Shown here piece after piece: positions 17,594 through 25,724 of a DNA stretch of 64,000 nt. Below the pieces are notes generated by a model that did not search any database, was not told the origin of the DNA, and saw only the letters and a list, made by a program, of their open reading frames with translations. Source of the stretch: Patescibacteria group bacterium. GTDB taxonomy: Bacteria; Patescibacteriota; Patescibacteriia; UBA9570; JAHJKD01. The stretch spans positions 22,423-86,422 of the forward strand of contig JBAZVM010000004.1 of the NCBI GenBank assembly GCA_041660885.1, read 5' to 3'. Both the position numbers and the translations under genes were made by a program. Positions within the stretch are counted from its first letter, which is position 1. Each line of letters opens with the position of its first letter.

Positions 17594-17929
17594 TTATTCT
17601 ATTATTCTGTTTATTTCATTAACAGATAAACGAGGAATTTTCATATCGGGCAACAATCTGATAAATATACCTTCATTATCAAACATTTTAGTCGCTTCTA
17701 TTTCGAATACTCTATTGCCAATTTCTTTTATTACCCCTTGAAAAAGTTGGCCAACAAATCTTACTTCCACCGTGTCCCCCACTTTTAAAGTTCTTTTTTC
17801 CCATTTTAAAATATTACTATCTTCCGCGGTTACGGGATTATCCTGCATGACTACATTAGCAACAAACTCCTCTGGTTTTGATTTCATAGGGCCTCCACGA
17901 ACTAAATCCCAAACTTCTTCTCTTCCCAT
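17594..17929 (-). CDS. hypothetical protein (111 aa), co-oriented 8 nt upstream of the phosphoesterase
   Basis: ORF only. Beta-rich sequence (KVGDTVEVRFVGQLFQGVIKEIGNRVFEIE). No family recognised. Confidence 0.5.
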   Translation of the reverse strand: MGREEVWDLVRGGPMKSKPEEFVANVVMQDNPVTAEDSNILKWEKRTLKVGDTVEVRFVGQLFQGVIKEIGNRVFEIEATKMFDNEGIFIRLLPDMKIPRLSVNEINRIIE

Positions 17930-17980
17930 ATTTTTTTTATTTTAACCAATGTTTTAATTCTTCCAGCATCCAACACTATA

Positions 17981-18010
17981 CTCAAAATAAAAATCCCGTT
18001 GTAACGGGAT
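17981..18010 (-). terminator. terminator of 31-aa peptide gene
   Basis: TCCCG-TTGTAA-CGGGA, followed on the minus strand by TTTTTATTTT. Confidence 0.6.
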
Positions 18011-18105
18011 TATTTGATAGCCTGCACTAAGCTGTAGAAGACCACTAATGCTCCGGTGCCAAACATCATAGAAATTAAATAATACAATTTATTTGCATTT
18101 TCCAT
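18010..18105 (-). CDS. 31-aa hydrophobic peptide (below ORF-track cutoff)
   Basis: Hand translation gives MENANKLYYLISMMFGTGALVVFYSLVQAIK*. It has its own consensus promoter and terminator. Confidence 0.5.
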   Translation of the reverse strand: MENANKLYYLISMMFGTGALVVFYSLVQAIK

Positions 18106-18149
18106 ACTTTTTGTTTTTATTTTTTATTTTTTTTATTTATCTATATATA

Positions 18150-18178
18150 ATTATAGCAAAAAAAAACGCTTTTGGCAA
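18150..18178 (-). promoter_or_regulatory. sigma70 consensus-like promoter
   Basis: On the minus strand: TTGCCA (18178-18173), 17 nt spacer, TATAAT (18155-18150). Confidence 0.6.
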
Positions 18179-18190
18179 GTCCTAATTAAA

Positions 18191-18228
18191 AATAAAATAG
18201 GGAACGCACGCGTGCGTTCCCTATTTTT
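18191..18228 (-). terminator. RNase J terminator
   Basis: 26-nt palindrome TAGGGAACGCACG/CGTGCGTTCCCTA (18198-18223), with a U-rich tract on the minus strand. Confidence 0.75.
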
Positions 18229-18241
18229 CATTGTTGGTTCA

Positions 18242-20002
18242 TTAAACTTCTATTACCACCGGCAGAATCATGGGCCGGCGCTGAGTTTTATGGAAAAGGA
18301 ATTGTCCGATTTCGTCGCGAAGCTTGTTTTTCAAATACATGGGATTGGCCGCGTCTTTGGGATTTTTATCCACGCAGACTTTTTTTACTTTCTCTCGCGC
18401 TTCTTCTATGAGAGTCTTGTTGCCTTTCATGTAAACGAATCCGCGGGAAATAATATCCGGGCTGCCGATTAGCGCGCCGGTTTTAGCGTCCACCGTGGCA
18501 ATGATCACGAACATGCCGTCTTCACTCATCACTTGCCTGTCGCGCAATACCACGTTGGAAACATCGCCCACGCCAAGGCCGTCCACCATCACGTAATCCG
18601 TGGTCAGCTTTTTCTTAAGGGGCCGGGCTTCTCCGCCGCAGAATTCTATCACTTGGCCGTTCTCGGTAAGGATCACTTGTTCTTTGGGCCAGCCTAAAGT
18701 TTTAGCCACATTGCCCGCGGCTTGCAACATGAAGGCGTTGCCTTCTATGGGAATAATGTATTTTGGCTTTACCAATCTATATAATAATTTTAAATCTTCG
18801 GACATGGCATGGCCGCCGGCGTGCACATCCATCATTTTATAATGAATCACTTCGGCTCCGGCTTTTACCAAGGTGTCTTTCAGGCGCTGTACCGTGCGTT
18901 CGTTGCCCGGCACCACGGAGGAAGAAAATATTACCGTATCATTTGGCTGGATGCGGAAGAAGCGGTGTTCCCTGGCCGCGATGCGCATCAAAGCGGCATT
19001 GCCTTCGCCTTGCGCGCCTGTGCACATGATCACTAATCTGTTTTCCGGCAAGCTGGTTGCCTCTTCGGCGCTGACTATGGTTTTGGGATGAAATTTCAAA
19101 TAGCCCAGCTCTTTGCAAATGGCCACGTTCGTTTTCATGCTATAGCCTTCTATGGCCACTCGGCGGCCGTATTTTTCCGCGGCCCAAATCACTTGCTGCA
19201 CGCGGGTGAGCAAAGAAGCGAAGGTGCCGATAATCAAGCGGCCTTTGGCATGTTGGAATATTTGATCCAGAGTGTCGCCAATGGCGCTTTCCGAAAGCTG
19301 CTGGCCAGCGGTATCGGCGTTGGTGGAATCGGAGCATAAGGCTAGCACGCCTTCATCTCCCAATTTAGCGATCTTGCTGAATTCGGTTACTTTATCCATT
19401 ACCGGAGTGTAATCGAATTTAAAGTCGCCGGTGTGCACGATAGTTCCTTCCGGCGTGCGCACGATAATGCCCACGCAATCGGGAATGTTATGGTTCACGC
19501 GGAAAAATTCCACGCGGAACTGTCCGAGGTGCAAAGTTTCATCCGGATTGATTTCGCGCAAATCCAAAGCACCCTTATCCGGAAAATCTTCCTGGCGCTT
19601 TTTAATGATACCCATGGTCAACCGCGTTCCGTAAATCGGAGGGTTGTGCAATTCCGGGGCAATGTGCGGTATGCCGCCGATGTGGTCGTAATGGGCGTGG
19701 GTAATGATAATGCCCTTCACATTTCTTTCTTTTCCTTTTAAATAGGAGATGTTCGGAATGATATAATCTATTCCGGGTTGGTCTTCTTCCGGAAACTGCA
19801 AACCGCAGTCTATGAGGATAATATCCTCTCCGTACTCGACCATAGTCATGTTGCGTCCGACTTCTTCGGCTCCGCCCATAACGGTTAATCTTAATTTGGC
19901 GTGAGAGGATTTGTAAACTACTTCTCTTTCTCTCTCCGGCCTTCTTTTGTTAAACACCCTTCTGCGGGGGCTTAACAGCTTAAACCTTCTTTTTGGTTTC
20001 AT
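18242..20002 (-). CDS. rnj: ribonuclease J
   Basis: Metallo-beta-lactamase motif ITHAHYDHIGG plus beta-CASP and C-terminal domains. 586 aa with a basic N-terminal extension. Confidence 0.95.
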   Translation of the reverse strand: MKPKRRFKLLSPRRRVFNKRRPEREREVVYKSSHAKLRLTVMGGAEEVGRNMTMVEYGEDIILIDCGLQFPEEDQPGIDYIIPNISYLKGKERNVKGIIITHAHYDHIGGIPHIAPELHNPPIYGTRLTMGIIKKRQEDFPDKGALDLREINPDETLHLGQFRVEFFRVNHNIPDCVGIIVRTPEGTIVHTGDFKFDYTPVMDKVTEFSKIAKLGDEGVLALCSDSTNADTAGQQLSESAIGDTLDQIFQHAKGRLIIGTFASLLTRVQQVIWAAEKYGRRVAIEGYSMKTNVAICKELGYLKFHPKTIVSAEEATSLPENRLVIMCTGAQGEGNAALMRIAAREHRFFRIQPNDTVIFSSSVVPGNERTVQRLKDTLVKAGAEVIHYKMMDVHAGGHAMSEDLKLLYRLVKPKYIIPIEGNAFMLQAAGNVAKTLGWPKEQVILTENGQVIEFCGGEARPLKKKLTTDYVMVDGLGVGDVSNVVLRDRQVMSEDGMFVIIATVDAKTGALIGSPDIISRGFVYMKGNKTLIEEAREKVKKVCVDKNPKDAANPMYLKNKLRDEIGQFLFHKTQRRPMILPVVIEV

Positions 20003-20040
20003 AAATAAAAATTGTTAATAATTAAAAGAAGAAAAAATTG

Positions 20041-20125
20041 TGGGGATGGAGAGATTTGAACTCTCACAACCTTGCGGTTACTAGCTCCTGAAGCTAGCGC
20101 GTCTACCAAATTCCGCCACATCCCC
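20041..20125 (-). tRNA. tRNA-Leu (anticodon CAG)
   Basis: Hand fold: acceptor GGGGATG/CATCCCC, anticodon arm CTAGC-TTCAGGA-GCTAG, a 15-nt variable arm, and T-arm GAGAG-TTCAAAT-CTCTC. No CCA encoded. Confidence 0.9.
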
Positions 20126-20161
20126 TCTTTACTTACTTAAATATATCTTAAGCAGTGATAA

Positions 20162-21928
20162 TTATTTCTTTTTGCGAATGCGCTGCGTTTCTATATACCA
20201 ATCTTCAATGCCGGCAAAACGGCCGCTGGGCAGAGGAATATTATTCACGGTTACGCCCTTAATTTTTTTGTTTACCGCGTAAATATAAGTGGGCTGATAC
20301 AGGAATATCGCCGGGATCTCTTCAGCCAATACATTTTGGAAATGAAAATATTTTAAGCGTCTTTGTTCGGCATCGGTTGTCTGCCTGGCGGTTTCCAGCA
20401 AATTATCAATGTCTTTTTGGTAAAATATGGACAAAGCCAAGCCGGGATGCTCTTGCTGGGAAGAATGCCAGAAAGCGTACGGATCGGGATCCGTTCCCGC
20501 GATTTCTCCGAATAGCAGGGCTTCGTAATTGCGGTCTTTGATAACGGTATCGGTAATATCTTGCACCGCGTAAGAATCAATATTGATTTTAAAGCCCATG
20601 CTTTCCCAATTCTTCTTTAAAATATCTAAAGTGTCTAGATATTCAGGTTGGTCCACCGTTACTATGGTAAACTCTAATACTTGGTCTCCCTTTTTGCGAT
20701 ACTGTTCTCCTTCGGGCACTTTCCAGCCGCCTTCTTCTAAAATAGATTTTCCTTTTTCAATCTCAAACCCGTATTTTTCCACGTCGGCATTGTGTCCGAT
20801 ATAGCCTTTTAATATTGGCGTATAAACCGGCTCGCCCGCGCTGTTTAATACATCGTTGATTATTTGCGTGCGATCCACTCCCCAGACCAATGCTTGGCGC
20901 ACGCTGTCGTTATCTAAAACATCTGAGCGGTCCTGATTAAAGAATAAAGCGGTATATTGAGGCAGTTTCACGTTATAGATTTGTTCCTTCCTGTTTCTTT
21001 TCACCAAATCTTCTTTGCTTTCCAACGGCACGGAGAATAAACCGTCTATTTTTTTATTGGCTAAAGCGTCTACGGCTTCAAAAACATCGAAATAGAAAGT
21101 AAAATTCAGCTTCTGCAAATTAGGTTTGGCGCCGTAGTAATCGGGAAACGGAATAAGCTGGTAAGATTTAATATTCCCGGTTTTATCTTTCACCAAAGAA
21201 TCAAACATATACTGCCCGCTGCCGATCGGCTGAATGTTATATTCCGTTAGAAAAACATTTTGCGGGGAAATTTTATAAATATCGTACCAGATGTGCTTGG
21301 GTAAAATGCCGAAAGTCATGCTGGAAAGAAAAGGAGAGAAAGGATCCTGCAAAGTCATTTTAAAAGAATAGTCGTCGATCTTTTCCGCCGTGGCTCCACG
21401 CAAGCTGGGCTCTAAGGGGGATTGGTAATTCACATCCTGAATGGAAGCAATAGTGAAAAGGACATCGTCTACATTTAAAGGTTCGCCATCGTGCCATTTG
21501 GCATCGCGCCTTAAATAAAAAGTGTAAGTTTTTAAATCTTCGGAAATTTCATAATTAGTTGCCAGATCGTTTTCCAATTCCTGATTCTCGTTATACTTGA
21601 ACAATCCGGAGAAGACCAAATAAGATAAGTCCATATCCACATCGTTGGTTTGAGCCAGAATCGGATTAATCTTTTCCGGCATACCCACCAAGCCTTCGGA
21701 ATATTCTCCGCCTTTTTGCGGCACTTGTTCGGTGTTGAAAAAATAAGTGTAGACGGCTCCGGTGAGCAAAGCGAGAATTAATATGCCGCCGCAAACATCT
21801 AAAATCCACCTTTCTTTAAGGCTCAAAACGCTTCCTAAATATTTGAATTGCTGAAAAGATGGTATCTTTTTTTTCGCAATGCCGAAAACCAAATCGGCCT
21901 TGTTGTTCGTTTCTTTTGGATTATCCAT
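20162..21928 (-). CDS. ABC transporter substrate-binding protein, family 5 (peptide/nickel type), membrane anchored
   Basis: N-terminal TM anchor. Size of 588 aa and overall pattern are typical of OppA/DppA-like SBPs. Confidence 0.8.
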   Translation of the reverse strand: MDNPKETNNKADLVFGIAKKKIPSFQQFKYLGSVLSLKERWILDVCGGILILALLTGAVYTYFFNTEQVPQKGGEYSEGLVGMPEKINPILAQTNDVDMDLSYLVFSGLFKYNENQELENDLATNYEISEDLKTYTFYLRRDAKWHDGEPLNVDDVLFTIASIQDVNYQSPLEPSLRGATAEKIDDYSFKMTLQDPFSPFLSSMTFGILPKHIWYDIYKISPQNVFLTEYNIQPIGSGQYMFDSLVKDKTGNIKSYQLIPFPDYYGAKPNLQKLNFTFYFDVFEAVDALANKKIDGLFSVPLESKEDLVKRNRKEQIYNVKLPQYTALFFNQDRSDVLDNDSVRQALVWGVDRTQIINDVLNSAGEPVYTPILKGYIGHNADVEKYGFEIEKGKSILEEGGWKVPEGEQYRKKGDQVLEFTIVTVDQPEYLDTLDILKKNWESMGFKINIDSYAVQDITDTVIKDRNYEALLFGEIAGTDPDPYAFWHSSQQEHPGLALSIFYQKDIDNLLETARQTTDAEQRRLKYFHFQNVLAEEIPAIFLYQPTYIYAVNKKIKGVTVNNIPLPSGRFAGIEDWYIETQRIRKKK

Positions 21929-21934
21929 GCAAAA

Positions 21935-22162
21935 TTATTTTTGGATTAAGAAGCTGGCTAAGCTTAGCCCCAGGAAAATTACTGATAAAGCTATGGAAGA
22001 AATAAATATAAATTTTTCCGCTCCGCGCTTGGTGGCGTAAATATCGTTTCCGCCGCCAAAAACAGCACCTAAACCAGAGCCTTTTTGCTGCAATAATATG
22101 GTAACCACTAATAAAGCTACCACCACTATTTCTGCTATTTGTATTGTCAGTTCCCAATTCAT
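21935..22162 (-). CDS. secG: preprotein translocase subunit SecG
   Basis: MNWELTIQIAEIVVVALLVVTILLQQKGSGLGAVFGG. 75 aa with two TM segments. The longer track ORF (to 22339) overlaps the pcrA start and is rejected. Confidence 0.8.
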   Translation of the reverse strand: MNWELTIQIAEIVVVALLVVTILLQQKGSGLGAVFGGGNDIYATKRGAEKFIFISSIALSVIFLGLSLASFLIQK

Positions 22163-22217
22163 AAAAATAAGACTACAACATTTACAAAAAAATGTCAACA
22201 TGATATCCTCATAATCT

Positions 22218-24263
22218 ATGCATAAAATATTAGCCTCGTTAAACAAGAAACAAAGAGAAGCGGCCGAAGCCTTGGAAGGTCCGGTGCTGATTTTGGCCGG
22301 AGCCGGATCGGGAAAGACCAAAACCTTAGTGCACCGCATCGCTTACTTGATAGATTACAAAGAAATCAAGCCGCAAAACATTTTAGCGGTTACTTTTACC
22401 AATAAAGCCGCTCAAGAAATGAAGGCGCGCATAAAAAAGCTGTTGCCCAAGAACGCCAAGGACATGCCCATGATGGGAACATTCCACGCGGTCTGCGCCC
22501 AGATACTAAGGAAAGAAATTTCCGTATTGGGTTACAGCAAGAATTTCGTGATCTTCGACGAGCATGACTCCATGCATCTTATTAAAAAGGTCATTAAAGA
22601 TTTAGGCTACGATATAAAAGATATTTCCCCGCGCGCCATTGCGGTGCTTATTTCCCGCGCCAAGAACGAGCTGCTTTCCGAGGATACTTTTTCCAAGCAA
22701 GCCGGAGATACCATAGAAAAAATCGCGGCCGAAGCCTACCACCAGTATCAAGCGGAATTAAAAGAGCATAACGCGCTGGATTTCGACGACCTGATACTTA
22801 AAACCGTTTTTATCATGGAAAAATATCCGGAAGTGCTTAAAAAATACCAAAAATTATTCAAATATATTTTGGTAGACGAGTATCAAGACACGAACCAAGC
22901 GCAATACATTTTAATAAAGCTTTTAGCCATGGCTCATAGAAATATTTGCGTGGTGGGAGACGATTACCAATCCATTTACGCTTGGCGCGGCGCCAATATG
23001 CGCAATATTCTAAATTTTGAAAAAGATTATCCCGATGCCAAAGTGATATTATTGGAACAAAACTACCGTTCCACGAAAAACATTTTGTACGCGGCCAACG
23101 AAGTTATAAAATACAACATCAATCAGAAGGATAAAAAATTATGGACGGAAAACCCCACCGGCTCCAAGCTGACTATTAAAGAAGCCAGCGACGAGAAAGA
23201 TGAAGGCGAATACATTATTAAGGAGATTCTGGGCATGGATACCAAGCCGAAAAAAGAAGAAGAAATAGTTTATGAAGCCGAGGATACTTTAATAGATAAA
23301 ATTTTAAAAAGCGCGGCTTTTAAAGTGAAGAAAAAGGACACCAAATTGTTGAATGAAGTAAAAGATAAATTAAAAAAAGTGGATCTGGCCGAATACGTGA
23401 TACTTTACCGCACCAACGCGCAATCGCGCGCTTTGGAAGAGTCATTCTTAAAATACGGAGTGCCCTACCGCATTATCGGCGGCATAAAATTTTACGAGAG
23501 AAAAGAAATCAAAGACATGATTTGCTATATGCGCGTGCTCATCAACCCGAACGACTGGGTGAGCTTGGAACGCGTGGTAAATGAACCAACCAGAGGACTC
23601 GGGCATGCTTCGTTTATTAAGATAGAAAAGCAATGCCGGGAAAAAGGGAAAAATTTTCTTGATATCACGGAAAAAGATTTACCCCCGCTCACGCCCAGAA
23701 CATTAAACTCTTTCTTAACTTTTCAAAAAACTTTAAAAGAACTGCACCAAGCTTTGAAAAAAAGCACGGCCACAAAAATGCTGGATTTGATTTTAGAAAA
23801 AACCGGCTATAAAAAAGCGCTGGAACAAGATGCGGAATTCGGCGAAACCAGATTGGAAAATATCTTGGAAATAAAAACCGTCACAAAAAAATTCGACCAC
23901 CTAAAAAGCGAAGAGGGCATTAACCGCTTTTTGGAAGAAGTGAGCTTGGTTTCGGACCAAGATGAAATAGACGAAAACTTGCCGGCTGTAAATTTAATGA
24001 CCATCCACGCGGCCAAAGGTTTGGAGTTTCCAAAAGTATTCATTGCCGGAGCCGAAGAAGGCCTCTTCCCCCACTCCCGCTCGCTTTTCGAGCCGGAACA
24101 GCTGGAAGAAGAACGCCGCCTTTGCTATGTGGCGATCACTCGCGCCAAACAAAAAGTATATATAGTATACGCCTCCCAGCGCCAAATTTACGGCTCCACC
24201 CAAGTGAATTCCCCTTCGCGTTTTATCGACGACTTGCCCGAAGACGCGATTGCCAAAGAATAG
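22218..24263 (+). CDS. pcrA: ATP-dependent DNA helicase PcrA/UvrD family
   Basis: Walker A AGAGSGKT, VDEYQDTN, YRS and IHAAKGLEF motifs. Confidence 0.95.
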   Translation: MHKILASLNKKQREAAEALEGPVLILAGAGSGKTKTLVHRIAYLIDYKEIKPQNILAVTFTNKAAQEMKARIKKLLPKNAKDMPMMGTFHAVCAQILRKEISVLGYSKNFVIFDEHDSMHLIKKVIKDLGYDIKDISPRAIAVLISRAKNELLSEDTFSKQAGDTIEKIAAEAYHQYQAELKEHNALDFDDLILKTVFIMEKYPEVLKKYQKLFKYILVDEYQDTNQAQYILIKLLAMAHRNICVVGDDYQSIYAWRGANMRNILNFEKDYPDAKVILLEQNYRSTKNILYAANEVIKYNINQKDKKLWTENPTGSKLTIKEASDEKDEGEYIIKEILGMDTKPKKEEEIVYEAEDTLIDKILKSAAFKVKKKDTKLLNEVKDKLKKVDLAEYVILYRTNAQSRALEESFLKYGVPYRIIGGIKFYERKEIKDMICYMRVLINPNDWVSLERVVNEPTRGLGHASFIKIEKQCREKGKNFLDITEKDLPPLTPRTLNSFLTFQKTLKELHQALKKSTATKMLDLILEKTGYKKALEQDAEFGETRLENILEIKTVTKKFDHLKSEEGINRFLEEVSLVSDQDEIDENLPAVNLMTIHAAKGLEFPKVFIAGAEEGLFPHSRSLFEPEQLEEERRLCYVAITRAKQKVYIVYASQRQIYGSTQVNSPSRFIDDLPEDAIAKE

Positions 24264-24283
24264 ATAAAAATATAAATAATTTA

Positions 24284-24317
24284 CAAAAAATCCCCCTAAA
24301 GAATAGGGGGATTTTAT
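24284..24317. terminator. bidirectional terminator
   Basis: A-run, TCCCCCTA-AAGAA-TAGGGGGA, then TTTTAT. Confidence 0.7.
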
Positions 24318-24360
24318 AATGGCAAAATGCGCGCCATATTTTTTTATTATTGGTAAGGCT

Positions 24361-24411
24361 GAGAAAGGGCAGCGAAGCATTTGTGTTTTGCTCCGCCGCC
24401 CTCTCTCTTCC
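24361..24411 (-). other. long imperfect 3' stem-loop after GC-rich ORF A
   Basis: GAGAAAGGGCAGCGAAGCA-TTTGTGTTT-TGCTCCGCCGCCCTCTCTC lies directly downstream of the stop at 24413. There is no U-tract. Confidence 0.5.
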
Positions 24412-24412
24412 C

Positions 24413-24853
24413 CTACTTCCTTAGCCAGATCTCCCCTTCGATAAATCGGGGGGAGCCCGACTGGACCCACGTAACCTTGTACGTAGTTTCGCAATCAAGG
24501 GGTCGAGACCCCAAGATCCGAATCCACAGTACAAGGGTGCCGGGATCAGCGGGAAGCCAGGTGTATTTTTCAACAACCTGTTCTTCTTCGCCAACCCACA
24601 CTCGTGGGTTAAAAAAGTAGGGCGCCAACCCAAACATGACAACCATCTTATGGCCCCAATCGCTGAGGGGCAGGTTGATTGTCAGGGTTGACGTTTCCCC
24701 GTTCCATCTCGCCTGCTCGACGCAAGCGAAGAGTGCATGGTGCAGAGCGCGAAGCTCTCCACCAACACTCTCGCCCACGGAAGGCGGATGGTCAGGGGAA
24801 GCCTTATCATCCCGAGCCGAAGATCGGGAGGGGAAAGGTAGAGCTCTCCCCAT
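24413..24853 (-). CDS. GC-rich hypothetical protein A (up to 146 aa)
   Basis: Hand GC count is 38/60 for nt 24721-24780, against 22/60 for nt 25021-25080. The SD-like AGGGGGTG precedes the ATG at 24853. The C-terminal half looks protein-like (KYTWLPADPGTLVLWIRILGSRPLDCETTYKVTWV). All six frames are fairly open here, so coding is unproven. Confidence 0.45.
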   Translation of the reverse strand: MGRALPFPSRSSARDDKASPDHPPSVGESVGGELRALHHALFACVEQARWNGETSTLTINLPLSDWGHKMVVMFGLAPYFFNPRVWVGEEEQVVEKYTWLPADPGTLVLWIRILGSRPLDCETTYKVTWVQSGSPRFIEGEIWLRK

Positions 24854-25033
24854 TTGGCACCCCCTGTTTCGGGGTTGAATGCGGCGTAATTGCCGACCGC
24901 ATAATGTATAACATTATTTTGATTTTGTCAATAGATATATGGAGATTTATAGCGTTTTTATTGACTTTTTTGAAAAAATATGATAAACTTATAATAGTTC
25001 AAATAATTTTTTAATCATTAAATTACTAAAAAT

Positions 25034-25621
25034 ATGAAAGAACCAGGATTCAATCCAGGAACAATCCCTGGCCAAGACAAAGAATCATTAGTAAACGAAG
25101 TCCAGACCGGTAATAAATTAGACATATCCGGACGAGGCACGGGCGTGGAAGAACCAACCGATATTGGGATATCTACAGAAGAAGCCGAACAATTTGTTGA
25201 GCTGCAAAAACAAATAGGGCAAATAAATGAAGAACAAGCAGCTGCATATCAGGTAAAATTAGACTATCTGAAAAAAAATGCTTCTAAACCTATAGATATC
25301 CGACATTTGGAAGATATCGATAGAATTTATCGACAAGTCCAAACGGGAGTCGAGCAGGAAGATATAGATGAGGGTCCGATTGCTGGGCCACCCAGCGATG
25401 AAGTATCTTCTGATCCCTATACAGTACCCCATGGCGATTCAGATCCAGGCCCCATTGAAACACTCCCTGATGACAATGAACAAGTTCAGCGAATAAACGA
25501 AAATGAAATTAAAGGGTCTGATATTACCTATGGGGAGCAGGCAGAATTGAGTGCTTTAGCGGCAAAACAAAGAGAAGAATCACAAAAACTTAGAATTAAA
25601 AAAAAACAGCTAGACAACTAG
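25034..25621 (+). CDS. acidic, probably disordered hypothetical protein (195 aa)
   Basis: ORF with an E/D/Q/P-rich composition and a C-terminal basic tail KLRIKKKQLDN. No family recognised. Confidence 0.55.
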   Translation: MKEPGFNPGTIPGQDKESLVNEVQTGNKLDISGRGTGVEEPTDIGISTEEAEQFVELQKQIGQINEEQAAAYQVKLDYLKKNASKPIDIRHLEDIDRIYRQVQTGVEQEDIDEGPIAGPPSDEVSSDPYTVPHGDSDPGPIETLPDDNEQVQRINENEIKGSDITYGEQAELSALAAKQREESQKLRIKKKQLDN

Positions 25622-25696
25622 CTGAGCAAGAGGCAGACAGAAAATCTTGGCAATTAGACTAAAATCAGATATAGATGCTCGCAATTAATTACTTCT

Positions 25697-25724
25697 AAAC
25701 CCCGCCTCGGCGGGGTTTATTTGT
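25697..25724. terminator. terminator between convergent genes
   Basis: ACCCCGCC-TC-GGCGGGGT followed by TTATTTGTTT. It overlaps the stop codon of kinase 1. Confidence 0.75.

Noticed and set aside
21935-22339. 134-aa ORF extending SecG upstream across the pcrA start.
   Set aside because: Only the C-terminal 75 aa match SecG. The N-terminal extension is antisense to the pcrA 5' end and Cys/Phe-rich. The internal ATG at 22162 gives a canonical-length SecG.
25598-25606. A9 homopolymers inside island genes (25598-25606 and 32706-32714) as possible phase-variation switches.
   Set aside because: Long A/T runs are common throughout this AT-rich sequence, in both coding and intergenic regions. There is no evidence of length heterogeneity from a single sequence.
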